In this document: piece by piece, positions 47,626 through 61,630 of the stretch
Numbering within the stretch: position 1 is the stretch's first letter
How the letters are laid out: each line of letters starts with the position of its first letter
Assembly (NCBI RefSeq): GCF_964194155.1
Contig: NC_135898.1
Coordinates: 7,874,001 to 7,938,000 of the forward strand
Length of the DNA stretch: 64,000 nt
Source of the DNA: Cetorhinus maximus
Taxonomy: Eukaryota
Reading direction: 5' to 3'
The notes under the pieces: generated by a model
What the model saw: only the letters and a program-made list of their open reading frames with translations
Database searches by the model: none
What the model was told of the DNA's origin: nothing
Program-made: the position numbers and the translations under genes

Positions 47626-50460
47626 CATAAAACCTTAAGACATAGGAGCAGAAGTAGGCCATTCGGCCCATCGAGTCTGCTCCGCCATTCAGTGAGATCA
47701 TGGTGATCTGATAATCCTCAACTCCACTTTCCTGCCTTTTCCCCATACCCCTTGATTCTCTTGCTGATTCAAAATCTGTCTTTCTCAGCCTTGAATATAC
47801 TTAACGACCAAGCCTCTACAGGCCTTTGCTGTAAAGAATTCCACAGATTCACTACCCTCTGAGAGAAGAAATTCCTCCTCATCTCTGTCTTAAATGAGTG
47901 CCCCCATATTCTAAGGTTATGCCCTTTGGTCCTAGTCTCTCCCATAAGGTGAGACAACCTCTCAGCATCTAACCTGTGAAGCCCCCTAAGAATATTAGAT
48001 GTTTCAATAAGGTTGCCTCTCATTCTCCTAAAGCCCAATGAATACAGGCCCAACCAATTCAACCTCTCCTCATAAGAAAATCTCTCCATACCCAGGATTA
48101 ACCTAGTGAACCTTCTCTGGACTGCCTCCAATGTCAGTATATCTTTCCTTAGATAAGGGGACCAAAAGTGTTCACAGTATTCTAGGTGTGGTCTAACTAG
48201 TGCCTTGTATAGTTTTAGCAAGACTTCCCTATTTTTATACTCCATTCCATTTGAAATAAAGGCCAACATTCCATTTGTCTTCCCTATTACCTGCTGAAAT
48301 TGTATGCTAGCTTTTTGGGATTCATGTACCCCCAAATCCCTCTGTGCTGTAGCTTTCTGTAGCCTTTCTCCATTTAAATAATATTCAGCTCCTCTATTCT
48401 TCCTGCCAAAGTGCACATTTTCCCCACATTATATTCCATCTGCATTGCCCACTCACTTAACCTGTCTCTATCCCTTTGTTCTCTTTTTGCCATCCTCACC
48501 ACATGCCTTCCCACCTATTTTTGTGTCATTCGCAAACTTGGAAATAGTACATTCATTCCCTCATCCAGGTCATTAATATATATTGTAAATAATTGTGGCT
48601 CCAGCACTGAACTCTGAGGCACTCCACTAGTTACAGGTTGCCATCCTGAAAATGCCCCCCTTATTCCAACTTTCTGTCTTCTATTAGTGAGCCAATCTTC
48701 TTTCCATTCTAATATATTACCGCCAACATCATGGGTTTTTATCTTATTAAGTAGTCTTATGTGCGGAACCTTGTCAAACACCTTTTGGGAATCCGAATAT
48801 ATTACATCTACTGGTTCCCCTTTATCTATCCTGTTTGTTACCTCCTCAAAGAATTCTAATAAATTTGTCAGGCATGATTTCCCCTTCATGAAAGTCATGC
48901 TGACTCTGCTTGATTATATTAGCATTTCTAAATGCTCTGCTATTACATCCTTTATAATATACTGTAGCATTTTCCCAATGACGGATATTAAGCTAACTGG
49001 CCTATAGTTATCTGTTTTTTTTGTCTCCCTCCCTTTTTGAATAAGGATGTTACCTTGGCAGTTTTCCAATCGTCTGGGACTTTTCCAGAATCTAAGGATT
49101 TTTGGATGATTACTACCAGTAGATCCACTATCTCTGTAGCTAGTTCCTTTAATATCCTAGGATGCAACCCATCAGGTCCAGGCGACTTATTGGCCTTGAG
49201 CCCCATTAGTTTCCCTAGTACTTTTTCTCTAGTGAAGTTATTGGATTTATTTCTTCCCCACTTTTTGCCTCTTGATTATTTAGTATTTTTGGAATGCTAT
49301 TAGTGTCTTCTACCGTGAAGACTGATGCTATTTATTCAACTCCTCTGACATTTCCTGGTTCCCCTATACTATTTCCCCAGTCTCATGCTCTAAGGGGCCT
49401 ATGTTCACTTTGGCCTCTCTCTTCATTTTTATATATATTTAAAGAAGCTCTTATTGCCCGTTTTTATATTACTTACTAGTTTACCCTCAAAGTTTATTTT
49501 CTCCCTCTTTATTTTTTTGGTCATCTTCTGTTGGTTTTTAAAACTTTCCCAATCCTCTGGCTTACCACTAATCTTTGTCACATTGTATGTTTTTTCTTTC
49601 AATTTGATACTATCCTTAACTTCCTTGGTTAACCATGGTTGGCTTATCCCCTTCCTAGAATCCTTCCTCACTGGGATATATCTTTGTTGTACGTTATGAA
49701 CTATTTTCTTAAATGTCTGCCATTGTTCATCAACTGTCTTTTCTGCTAAACTCCTTTCCCAGTCCACTCCAGTCAACTCTGCCCTCATTCCTTTGTAATT
49801 ACCCTTAGTTAAGTTTAGCACACTTGTTTCCCACCCAAGTTTCTCACTCTCAGACTGAATGCTAAATTCTATAATGTTATGGTCACTGTTTCTGAGGGGA
49901 TCTTTTACTCTGAGATCATTTATTAAACCTGCCTCATTACACATGAGCAGATCCAAAATAGCCTGATTCCTGGTTGGATCCGCAACATTTTGTTCTAGGA
50001 AACTGTCCCAAATGCACTCTGCGAACTCTTCCTCGTGGCTACCTCTGCCAATTTGAGTTTCCCAATCTACATGAAGATTAAAGTCACCTGTGATTAATGT
50101 ACTGCCTTTTTTACATGCCCTCATTATCTCTTGATTTATTCTCTGTCCTACAGTATAGCTACTGTTGGGGGGCTATAGACTACTCCCACCAGTGTCTTCT
50201 TCCCCTTGTTATTTCTTACTTCCACCCATATGGATTCTACATCTTCCAATCCAAGATCATTTCTTACTATCGCACTTATTCCAACCCATATTAACAAAGC
50301 CACCCCACCATCAATTCCTTCCTGTCTGTCCTTTCGAAAAGTCATATCCCCCTAAATATTTAGTTCCCAGCTTTGATCTCCTTGTAACCATGTCTCTGTA
50401 AAGGTTATAAGATCATGCCCATTACCCTCTATTTGTGCCATTAATTCACTTATCTTGCAC
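47626..50460 (-). mobile_element. CR1 LINE, near-full ORF2 (APE endonuclease + RT), frameshifted
   Basis: [59 protein letters not shown]..., RPHLEYC. Confidence 0.95.
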
Positions 50461-51406
50461 AAATAGAGATTAAGACCCGAGGCTCTGTGGATGCTGGGAG
50501 CTGTGAGCAGAGTTCCAACCACTGTTGGACCACGGAGTGCAGTCACTCAGGTTTCATGACAGATTAATAAATTAAGGCATCTGGGCTATAGCATCATTTA
50601 ATGTGCCACAGGACGTCACTGCTTATGATTAACTTGGTTCCACCACACTTGGTGTAGTGTGCACAGTCCACTCTCTAGATTGTAAAATGAACATGGACAT
50701 ACTATACTGGAGAAGATGCGAAGACAAAGGTTTACAAAGATGATTGCAGAACTTAGAGGTTGGAATTTATCAGGCAAAACTCAACCACCTGGAATCCTTT
50801 CCTAGAGAAAAGACTTAGGGATAGAAGTGATAGGGGCTTTTACAATTATGAATGGGCTTGAGAGAGCAGACATAGAGAAGTTTGGGTTGGGGGGGAGGGG
50901 GGAATCAGAACGAGAAGGCCATAAATGTAAGATAGTCAATCAGGAACTCAGCAGAAACTTCTTCATCCAGAGAATGTAGAACATGCTACCACAGGAAGAA
51001 GTTGAGGCAAATAGTAGAGATGTATTTTTGGGAATCTAGCCAAGTCCATGAGGGTGAAAGGACTAGGACACATTGATAGGATGGGCTGAAGCAAGGTGGA
51101 AGGAGGATCGCGTGGAGAATGAACATGGATATGGACCAGTGCTTGGGCCCAATGACTTGCTTGTGGGCTGTAATCAAAAATGACAAAGTCTCTCATTGAA
51201 GACTAGATTGAGGACTTTGTTTAAATCCACATTCATCACAACTGAGACTGTATACTACACCTTCTCAAAGCTGAGAGGGGCTGCATTTATCAGAATAATA
51301 ATATATATAGGTTGCAATGTGTGTTATAAACAGATTATATTGAACACACACAGATAAGTCTCCTAGTTTCCAAAACACCTCAGGCCAAATTTTCTCTTGG
51401 TTTTAG

Positions 51407-51518
51407 GTAGATGTGTGGATTATGCTGATTGGACGATGCACAAGTTTGAGTCAAAGTGGAGGAATTCTGACTGTTAGATATGTAAATGCCTTGGTCCTGT
51501 TGTTGCATGTCGCAATAG
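51407..51518 (+). pseudogene. MSMB-like pseudogene exon 3
   Basis: tttag| ... |gtaagt, phase 1/2. RCVDYADWTMHKFESKWRNSDC*ICKCLGPVVACRN, with in-frame TAG at 51475-51477 and CC changed to CR. Confidence 0.8.
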
Positions 51519-52236
51519 GTAAGTAACAGCATTCCTTTCAGTCCCCTCACTGCCAACACCTTCATACCGCTTCCACTCCATAGCTACATAGTACAATGTC
51601 AGAATCACATCTTTTAAAACTATATTTTTCTTCCAAAATATGGAAGGAAATTGCATTATCTGGACATTTGGACGCTGACCCTTGGAGCTTTTTTTTCAAA
51701 AAAGGTTATAAGTTCACCTTGGGACTGTCAATAAGCATGTCTTCTCCAAGGAATCACCTGAGCAGCATGGTACTTGAAGGGAAAGAGCTGTTTGTTTGTT
51801 TTGAACTGCAATCACTTTAACTGGTGGGGGATAAACTGGTAAAGGCAAAGGCGAGTTAATGATTTACTGGAAATCACAATGCAGAGACAAGCTTTATGTT
51901 TTGAGCCTGTTGTGTGTGAACTCAGTCTTTTGGCGATTAAGCTGAGAAGGAAGAGAACCCTAACTGGCTCTCTCCCTGCCTTGCCTTAAATTCTGTCTGT
52001 GGTTATCAACCAGAGATTTCTCACCTGCTTATAACTTGTCTTCAATTGGACCTGAAAGGCTAGGAGAAGAAAGATTGGTGTGGACCTCTTTACATCCACA
52101 CCGTGTCTCCTTTGAAACGGCCCTAACAACTACAGTGACCAGCAAACAGTCTTCACATGAGGGGGCATCACATCGACAACATCGAAACCCTCTGAACTCT
52201 ACCCTTCTCTTATAAAGGATTCCCAACCGCCCACCC

Positions 52237-52477
52237 NNNNNNNNNNNNNNNNNNNNNNNNNNNNNNNNNNNNNNNNNNNNNNNNNNNNNNNNNNNNNNNN
52301 NNNNNNNNNNNNNNNNNNNNNNNNNNNNNNNNNNNNNNNNNNNNNNNNNNNNNNNNNNNNNNNNNNNNNNNNNNNNNNNNNNNNNNNNNNNNNNNNNNNN
52401 NNNNNNNNNNNNNNNNNNNNNNNNNNNNNNNNNNNNNNNNNNNNNNNNNNNNNNNNNNNNNNNNNNNNNNNNNNNNN
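52237..52477. other. Assembly gap (241 N)
   Basis: Run of N. Confidence 1.
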
Positions 52478-53821
52478 CGTGTGTTTTGTGTGTGTGTGTG
52501 TATGTGTGCGTGTGTTTTTGTGTGTGTGTGCACACGTGGTTGGGGAATTTCTTAAGGGGATAAATTGTTATACTGTCAGATTACAATTGTGTGTAAACCC
52601 GTTCTTGCAACTTGTAATAAAAAGTTTTGTTTTCTAATAAAACAATCATTCTGAGTTTATTGAAAGAAGCCTGGTTAAAGTCTTCATTATTCTGGGTAAC
52701 AGTAATGAAGGTAAATCATTGGCTATTTTGGTGAGTGAATTAAACTTTTAAACAAGTGGTGTGACTGGCAGAAGAGTGGAGCTCGATAAACTGTGCATAC
52801 CTCCCATCAATTATTCACGTGGGAACTCAGACTGCAGGTGTCATCACAACAGCACCCAATCCTGTTCTCATTCCACGCCCAGACTCACATGATTTGCTCT
52901 AGCTCAATCTGAAGTCCTGCTGAGACCAATTCGAATATGGTGCCTTGGTCAGAAGAAACGAATGCAGCACATTGTGGGACTTAAACATGCCGATTTTCCT
53001 CAGCTGTACAGTTCAATATCTCACCATGCAGCCTTTCACAACGAGCTCTCAGGAAACTCTGCTTTCAACCTTCCAACAGCTTCTCACATGCAGGGTTTCA
53101 GTGGGCCTGAGCCATGAACTGGCACAGACAGCAGCAACAGGTGTCTACCAGGTGGATATCCATTGACCGAATCAGGCAGCAGAAGACATTGTGTGAATCA
53201 CAACAGTTTTATTGTTTCACTGTGGTTCAGTACAAACACCAGTTTCCACTCTTCCCTCCCTGTTCAGAAGCAAACCCAACGACAGGAAAAACCCAGCTCT
53301 TAAATACAGGCTTCAGTGCACATCACCCGCTCTCAATCCGCTCTGAAGCTTGTCCTAGTTTCCTCTTAAAGGGACCTGCATTCCTAACAGTGTCAACGGG
53401 GACAGCCAACATGAAGAACAAGACAATGTGTGAGGAGGTGCAGGAAGGGGATTGACGGAACCAACCTTGGCAGTGCTTGGCAGATCCTTTTTAAATTCAT
53501 TCATGGGATGTGGGCACCTCTGGCTAGGCCTGCAATTATTGTCCAAGCCTAATTGCCCTTGAGGAGTCGGCCTTCTTAAATGTAACAGAGTGCCTTGTGA
53601 GGCTGAACAGGGGGCAGTTAAGAGTGCGTGGACGTTAATAGGGTTGGACCTCTGCTCTTTCTCGTCCTTGCGTTCCAGGTCCAAGTGCAGACAAGTTCTA
53701 CCCAGATGAGAAATCTCTGGCTGTGGGTTGATAAGCACATCACTCTAGGTGGCCAGGCTGGTTAAGGATGGCAGATTTCCTGAGAATGACAGGCAATCTC
53801 ATTGAAACAGGCAAATACTGA

Positions 53822-54045
53822 AAGGAAAATAGAAAAAGCTGGAAAAACTCAGCTGGTCTGACAGCATCCGTGGACAGAAAAAAACAAAGTTAATGTTTCG
53901 AGTCTGTATGACCCTTCTTCAGAGGTCATACGGACTCGAAATGTTAACTTTGTTTTTCTCTCTTCACAGTTAGACCTGCTGAGCTTTTCTCAGCATGTTC
54001 TGTTTTTGTTTCAGGTTTCCAGAATCTGCAGTATTTTGCTTTTAT
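53822..54045. mobile_element. Penelope-terminus palindromic element inserted in a CR1 fragment (53785-54365)
   Basis: Inverted arms around 53920; CR1 sequence resumes at 54046. Confidence 0.75.
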
Positions 54046-54607
54046 CTAAGGATTCTGAAAGGGGCTTGAGAGGGTGGACACTGAGAAGCTGTTTCCCCTG
54101 ACTGAGGAATCAAAAACACTGGGGCACAGTCTCAGGACAAGGGGACCATCATTTAGGACTGAGACGAGGAGAAGTTACTTCAATCAAAGAGTTGTGAATC
54201 TTTTGAATTCTCTGGGGCAGACAGATTTTTGGTCTCTCAGGGAGTTAAGGGGATCTGGGGGGCAAATGGAAAGGTGGAGTCAAAGCTGAAGATCAGCCAT
54301 GATCATAGTGAATGGAGGAGCAAGCTCGAAGGGCCAAATAGTCTTCTGCTGCTCCTACTTCTCATGTCCTCCTCCTCAGGCATGAATAATTGCCCCACTC
54401 TGGGACCAGTTACTCAAGAAGCAGGCCAGGCAGTTGGGAGAATGGGGAAATGAAGGAGATAATTTGCCTGATGATTCTCCATCAGTTTGTAAGAGGGACA
54501 GAGAACTTATTCTTTGAAGCCTAGACAGTGCCCGCTTGGCCCTAAATGATTTCATATGAATTCAAGCTTTGTATTGCTTACCTTTGGTTTTTTGATCTAT
54601 GTTCCAG

Positions 54608-54737
54608 TTACTCCACTCCGACAAGCTATCCTGATGATTGTACCTCAGTGTTTGAGCATGCGAATTGTCAGTACAGGGTCCACAAGAGGAACAAGCCTTC
54701 TATTGAATGTAAAACATGGGAAGTTGTTTGGAAATGA
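54608..54737 (+). CDS. MSMB-like terminal exon 4 (open frame; probably belongs to the pseudogene)
   Basis: ttccag| phase 2. YSTPTSYPDDCTSVFEHANCQYRVHKRNKPSIECKTWEVVWK*, the P..YP.DC...F....C.Y.V.....P...C signature; AATAAA at 54812-54817. Confidence 0.85.
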
Positions 54738-55017
54738 GCTTTGAATGAAACAGGGAGCCCCATCCCATTGCAGAAAGGCTTGCTGCTTTGTCAAACACAT
54801 TGAGAAAAGACAATAAAGATCTTCCACGGTGATCAGATCCCAAGGTCTATTAAACTTTATAACCATTTCAATTTGTGAACTTTGCTCTTCATTCAGATTG
54901 AGTTCTCGGACCATTCTCTCCTGCTGTTGGCCATTAACTAGCCATAAATAGGGTCTCTTCTCCTGCAACTTGCTGAACTGGAGCATGCTTGGGAGATCTA
55001 AGGTGAAATCAATCATC

Positions 55018-55340
55018 ATAGAACCATAGAACCATAGAACACTACAGCACAGAAAACAGGCCATTCGGCCCTTCTAGTCTGTGCCGAAATATTATTCCGC
55101 TAGTCCCATTGACCTGCACCTAGTCCATAACCCTCCAGACCTCTCCCATCCATGTATCTATCCAATTTATTCTTAAAACTTAAGAGTGAGCCCACATTTA
55201 CCACGTCAGATGGTAGCTCGTTCCACACTCTCACCACTCTCTGAGTGAAGAAGTTCCCCCTAATGTTCCCCCTAAACCTTTCCCCTTTCACCCTAAAGCC
55301 ATGTCCTTTTGTGCTTATTTCTCATAATCTAAGTGGAAAT
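55018..55340 (-). mobile_element. Young CR1 3' end with (atagaacc)n tail
   Basis: GNFFTQRVVRVWNELP; 8-bp terminal repeat. Confidence 0.85.
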
Positions 55341-57029
55341 CATCCGAGAGAAAAGACAGGTGATACATTTCACTTCAAAATAAACTGGCATAAAATGAAA
55401 GGAGATAACTTATGGAAAATAGGTTTTACACAGATCAGACAGCACTGAAACAGGCCATTTGGCCCATCTGCTCCATGTCAGTGTTTATGCTGTTAACGAG
55501 TCTCCTTCCATGTCCTCTTCATCTCACCCTATCAACATATCCTTCTATTTCTTCCTCCTCATGTGTTCACCTAGTTTCCCCTTTAATACAGCGAGACTAT
55601 AGGAATGGTCTGTTTATGCAGCACACATCCTCTGCTCTCCTCCTCAGCTCAGCCACTCCCAGTGGGAATGAGTTCTACATTCTCACCGCTCCAGTGTAAA
55701 CACTTTTCTGGCCTTCATTTCCGATTTTCCTAAGTGCTGCATTGTATTTGTATTTCAGAAAACTGGAGAGCAAGTCCCTCCAATCCCTCACTCTCAGACT
55801 CTGATTGGGAGCTTCAGCACAGCTGAAATTGTTACTAGACTCAAATCCTTCAATTATTTCAATGGCATCTTGCTAGTTAAGTTTAGAGTGGTCGCAAGCC
55901 ATTTCAGTTGATAATAAAGTTCTACAGTAAACAGGAACACAGAGGTCCCATATGAGCAGAGCTTATCTGATTTCAGAACAAACCATGTCAGATTTCCAAA
56001 TCAGTGGAATGTATTGTCAGGAACGAGGATATGAATCTATCTGTAAATACAAACAACCCACTGGAACCCTCTCTTCTACAGCAACTGCCCTTGTTCCAAA
56101 CATTGTGAATATTGCGGAGTAGTTGGGCTCTGAATTTCACAGAGGAATCCTGATAGCCTTCAGTTGGCAATTGGTGCCGCTCCTGGATCAACAGGCATAA
56201 AAGGTGAAACTGTCAGGCTTCACTCAGTGGCGACAACTCTCACATCAGAGGGAAGGAGGTGGCTTCAATTCCCACTCAGAGACTTGAGTACATAGTGGGG
56301 GCCCATCGTTCCCAGTGCAGTTACACATGACCACTCCATCCCCATGCCTTGACCAGTTGTGGAACACAGGAGAAAGCTCTTTGTGTCTGAGCCATGCTCT
56401 CCCTTCAGCTTTCCTTGCTTGGGCCCACTTGCACTGATACACAGCACTATGCGAGGCAGCAATTGCATCATCAACTGGGATGTTGGGAAGTGGATAGACC
56501 GAATGCCCAGTGACATAGACGTCAGCAGCAGTGAGTGCCTGCAGCTCTCAAATGACAGAGTGCTCACCCCATTAAACCAATGATGCTGAGGTCAATGACT
56601 TTCTCCCCACCATCACCCTGGCTCACATTCACCCAGATTGGACGTTATCTTCTGGGTGTGTTAGCCAGTGCTGAGGGAGTGCTGCACTGTCAGACGAGAT
56701 GTTGAACTGAGATCCTGTCTACATTCACTGGCTCATGTAAAAGGTCCCAAGACACTATTTTGAAGGAGAGGAGAGGAGGTGTCCTTTGTATTGTGGTCTT
56801 TACTCACTGGCTGATATTTCCAAAGTTATTGGCCTCAGTGTCAGGTGAACATTCTCTCGGCTCAGTGGACTTGAGTTCCAGCCAATGGTTGCTGCTGACG
56901 TGGCCATCGGTGGGCACCATGACGACTTGAACTTTGTAACCTTGAAGCTGAAGAATAAAAATCTACGCCAGCCAAACAGGACAGAAATTCGTCTCTCGGT
57001 GACTGTGAAGGTGTCTCGTTGGGCTGAGT

Positions 57030-57032
57030 ATG
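57030..57032 (+). CDS. Candidate ATG-only coding exon 1 of the MSMB-like gene
   Basis: AGT ATG|gtatgt with a TATA-like AATAAAAA about 75 nt upstream. MSMB-family exon 1 characteristically encodes only the Met; phase 0 fits exon 2. Confidence 0.55.
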
Positions 57033-57589
57033 GTATGTTTGAGTGTGACTCAGATTGTGTTTGTACTTGTGAGGGATTATTTCATCTGGGAACATGTTGC
57101 TGGTGAACTTAGCTGCATTAATACTTGTATTTGTTACAGGATGTTCTCCTGCATTGATAAGAATGTATTGTTTGGGCAAAGCAGTCACTTTAGAGATTGG
57201 TGATAAGACACTTTCAGCAGCAAGAGCAGGGAGGTGTGAGGCATCGCTGGAAGACACAATATTTGAATTCGTGTCTCCGAGGTGCCCGCAGGCCTGTTCC
57301 GGAGTAAAGAATCTGTAAAGGAAGCAGTCTGGAGTGGGAAGCACATTCCGCTGCCCAGCACAAATGGGTTAACAGGATACAGAAATGGCCCACGATTGAA
57401 CGCTCCAACAGTGAGCACCAATTAACCAGCTCGCTTACAAAATTCAACAGTAGCTCCCGGACCCACTTGAAAAGCCAAGAGACATCAGTTACCTTATTTT
57501 CGGAAAGCCCTTGTTATCCAATTTTCATAACGAACACATTAAATTTTCAACAAAATGAATTGAAAACCCATTATTTAATGGGTTACAAA

Positions 57590-60500
57590 CAAGGAGCAGG
57601 ACGAGGCCATTCAGCCCCTCAAGCTTGCTTTGCCATTTGATACGATCATGTTTGATCTGGTAGTAACCTGAAATCTGCATCCCACCTACCCCGATAACCT
57701 ATCGCCCCCTTGCTTACCAAGAATCTATCCACCTCTGCCTTAAAAATATTCCAAGACTCTGCTCCCCCCGCCTTTTCAGGAAGAGAGTTCCAAGGACTCA
57801 CGACCCTCTGAGTGAAAAAATTTCATCTCATCTCTGTTTTAAATCGGCAACCCCTTATTTTTAAACAGTTCTAGATTCTCCCACAAGAGGAAACATCCTC
57901 TCCTCATCCACCCTGTCAAGACCCCTCAGGATCTTATATGTTTCAATCAAGTCGCCTCTTACTCTTCTAAACTCCATTGGATACAAGCCTAGTCTGTCCA
58001 ACCTTTCCTCATAAGACAACCCACCCATTCCAGGCATTAGCCTGGTAATCCTTCTCTGAACCGCTTCCAATGTATTTACATCCTTCTTTAAATAAGGAGA
58101 TCAATACTGTACACAGTACTCCAAATGTGGTCTCACGAGTGCCCTGTACAACTGAAGCATAACCTCCCTACTTTTGTATTCAATTCCCCTCACAATAAAT
58201 GATAACATTTTATTAGCTTTCCTAATTACTTGTTGTACCTGCATACTAGCCTTTTGTGATATATGCACAAGGACACCCAGATCCTTCTACACCTCAAAGC
58301 TCAGCAATCTCTTACTATTTAGATAATATGTTTCTCTTTTATTCTTCCTGCCAAAATGGACAATTTCACATTTTCCCACATTATACTCCATTTTCCCAAT
58401 CTTTGCCCACTCACTTAACCTATCTATATCTGTTTGTAGCCTTCTTATGTCCTCTTCATAAATTACTTTCCTACGTCATCAGCAAATTTGGCAACCATCC
58501 CTTCCATCCCTTCATCCAAGTTATTTATATAAATTGTAAACAGTGAAGGTCCCAGCACTGATCCCTGAGGCACACCACTTGTTACATCTTGCCAACCTGA
58601 AAAAGACCCATTTATGCCTACTCTCTACTTCCTGTTAACCAGCCAATCTTCTATCCATGCCAATATGTTACCCCCTATACCATGAGCTTTTATTTTCTGC
58701 GATAACCTTTGATGTGGCACTTTATCAAATGCCTTCTGGAAATATAAATACAGTACATCCACCAGTTCCCCTTTATCCACATCACATGTTACTTCCTCAA
58801 AGAACTCCAATAAGTTGGTTAAACATGATTTCCCTTTTACAAAACCATGTTGACTCTGCCTGATGACCTTGAGCATATCCAAGTGCCCTGCTATAACTTC
58901 TTTAATAATAACTTCTAACATTTTCCCTATGACAGATGTTAAACTAACTGGCCTGTAGTTTCCTGCTTTCTGTCCCCCTCCCTTTTTGAATAATGGAGTT
59001 ACATTTGCTATCTTCCAATCTAATGGGACCTTACCCGAATCTAGGGAGTTTTGGAAAATTAAAACCAATACATCAACTATCTCACTCGACACTTCTTTTA
59101 AGATCCTAGGATGAAGTCCATCAGGACCCAGGCTCTTGTCAGCCCACAGCTCCAACAATTTACTCAGTACCACTTCTCTGGCGACTGTAATTTTCTTGAG
59201 TTCCTCCCTCCCTTCCATTTCCTGGTTTATAGCTGCTTCTGGGATGTTACTTGTATCCGCTATAGTGAAAACTGATGCAATATAGCTGTTCAATTCATCT
59301 GCCGTCTCCTTGTTTTTCATTGTCAATTCTCCAGACTCACTTTCGATGGGACCAACACTCACTTTGTTAGCGCGTTTCTTTTTAAAATATTTATAAAAAC
59401 TCTCACTATCTGCTTTTATATTTCTGGCTAGCTTTCTCTCATACTCTAATTTTTCCTTCCATATTAGTCTTTTAGTCATTATTTGCTGTTCCTTATATTC
59501 TGTCCAATCTTCTGACTTGTCACCTGTCTTTGCACAATTATATGCTTTTTCTTTAAGTTGGATATGATCTTTAACCTTTCTAGTTAACCAGGGATGGTGT
59601 GTCCATCCCTTGGACTTTTTCTTACTCGTTGGAGTGTATCTATCCTTTGCATTCTGAAATATTCCCTTAAATATTAGCCACTGCATCTCTGTTGACCTAT
59701 CCTTTAACCAAATTTGCCAATTCACTTTAGCCAGCTCTGCTTTCATGCCCTCATAATGCATTTATTTAAGTTTAAAAACAGAGTCTTGGACGCACTCCTG
59801 TCTCCCTCAAACAGAATGCAAAATTCAATCACATTGTGGACGCTGCTACCTCAGAACATTAATTACATCCATCTCATTGCACAATACCAGGCCTAGTATA
59901 GCCTGCTCTCAGGTTGGCTCCAGAACATGCTGTTCTAAGAAACTATCCCAAAAACATTCAATGTACTCCTCATCTAGGCTATCTTTGCCCATCTGACTTT
60001 TCCAGTCTATATGTAAATTAAAATCTTCCATGATTATCACCGTGCCTTTCTGACAAACTCCAATTATTTCTTCCTTTATGCTTCACCCTACCATGTGGTT
60101 ATTGTTAGGGGGCCTGTGCACAATTCCCACAAGTGACTTCTTGGTTTTACCATTTCTCATCCCTACCCAAACCATTTCCACATCCTAGTTTCCTAAACTT
60201 AGGTCATCCCTCTCTATTCTGCTAATACCATCGTTAACTAACAAAGCCACCCCTCCACCTTTTCCTCATTTCCTCTCCTTCCTAAATATCCTGTTACCCT
60301 TCAATATTCAGGTCCCATTCCACGTCCTCCTGCAGCCATGTCTCCGTAATGGCTATTAAATTCCTCTGTGCAGTCTCAGTTCATCTGTTTTATTTCGAAT
60401 GCTACATGCACTCAGATACAGAGCTTTTGGTTCTATCCTTTTATTCTTTTTATAATCTCTAGTTTCATCTGATGATTTACTGTTAGATTTGACTCTGTCC

Positions 60501-60630
60501 CTTCCTGTTATGGTCTTTTAGTCATTTCCCAGATTAATACCTGTCTCTCTTGCCTTGTCTCTACTTTTTGATTTACCACACCTTCCCAAATTTGATCCCT
60601 TGTCCCCACTAGTTAGTTTAAAACCCTCTT
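57590..60630 (-). mobile_element. CR1 LINE, near-full ORF2, in the putative intron 1 of the MSMB-like gene
   Basis: 378-aa ORF 58625-59761 with [54 protein letters not shown]. Confidence 0.95.
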
Positions 60631-61187
60631 TTGTACAGCTGTAGCTGTACTGGAACAGCTTGGCTAGGGGCCGCGGCAAGATCTGGAGCACAAGTCTTCA
60701 GTACTATTGCCGGAATATTGGTTATCTTCTGGGTTCCAGAAATCAATTCCTGGAGTCTCCATCCCAACACTGGAGGATTGGGAATCCCTCCCAGTAATGC
60801 TTAAGTCTCAATACGGATATCAAGTCCCACTTCCAATTCTGTAAAGGTTTTGAGCTGAGATATCACCTTGTGCATCCCCAAGGTGAACAAGTGGATTGTG
60901 AGGATAGATATGAGTTTGTAGCTTCAGGATCCAGAAATGGAGCCCCCTGTTCCGCTCCCTTTTTAAGAGACTGTCTGAACCCAAATGTTTGTCAGCTCAT
61001 CCCTCAATCCACTCCACAAAACAATCCCAGTTGTCTCCGGATGTCTCCCGGTACTTTATTGAGCATCACACTGAGTGAAAACTTCTATCTGATTGGGAAT
61101 TAGTCTAATCTAAGTGACATGACCAAGTTCCTCAACATGTTCCTTCTTTATTCCCTCCCCCACCCGGACGCCACACCAACCCAACAG

Positions 61188-61266
61188 AAACTCATCTTGT
61201 GCCTTACTCTGCTGCTCCTGGCTGTTGAACATGGAGAATCTGCCTGCTACAGAAAATTACACCCAA
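61188..61266 (+). CDS. Beta-microseminoprotein-like gene exon 2 (signal peptide KLILCLTLLLLAVEHGESA-CYRKLHP)
   Basis: aacag| ... |gtaagt, 79 nt, phase 0/1; hydrophobic signal peptide followed by the first Cys. Confidence 0.85.
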
Positions 61267-61494
61267 GTAAGTACCAAACCTTTGCCAACTTTCCATTTAG
61301 ATCTGGGGTGAAAATGAGCTAAACATGAGAACTGAGGCTGAATGTAACCTCTACCCAATTGATGAATGTTGTCAATGGCTATGGAACCCAAATCCAGCAT
61401 GAGAGAGTGATAGTCCCAGCCTCACATAACTGCTCCAGCCCACATGAAGCCTTCCCTTACACACTCTTTTCCTCTCTCTCGCTCTCTTTTCCAG

Positions 61495-61630
61495 ATTCAA
61501 CTGGAATTCCAGCCTCACAGAACTGCAGGGATGATGTTGATGGCACCTGGCATGCACACGGCGAAAACTGGATAAACTCTGACTGCATGGGATGTTCGTG
61601 CTCGGTTGAATCGATGAGCTGCTGTACAAC
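61495..61630 (+). CDS. Beta-microseminoprotein-like (MSMB/PSP94 family) exon 3; exon 4 not seen in the window
   Basis: ttccag| ... |gtaagt, phase 1/2. Encodes STGIPASQNCRDDVDGTWHAHGENWINSDCMGCSCSVESMSCCT, the C.D..DG..H.....W....C..C.C......CC signature. Confidence 0.9.
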
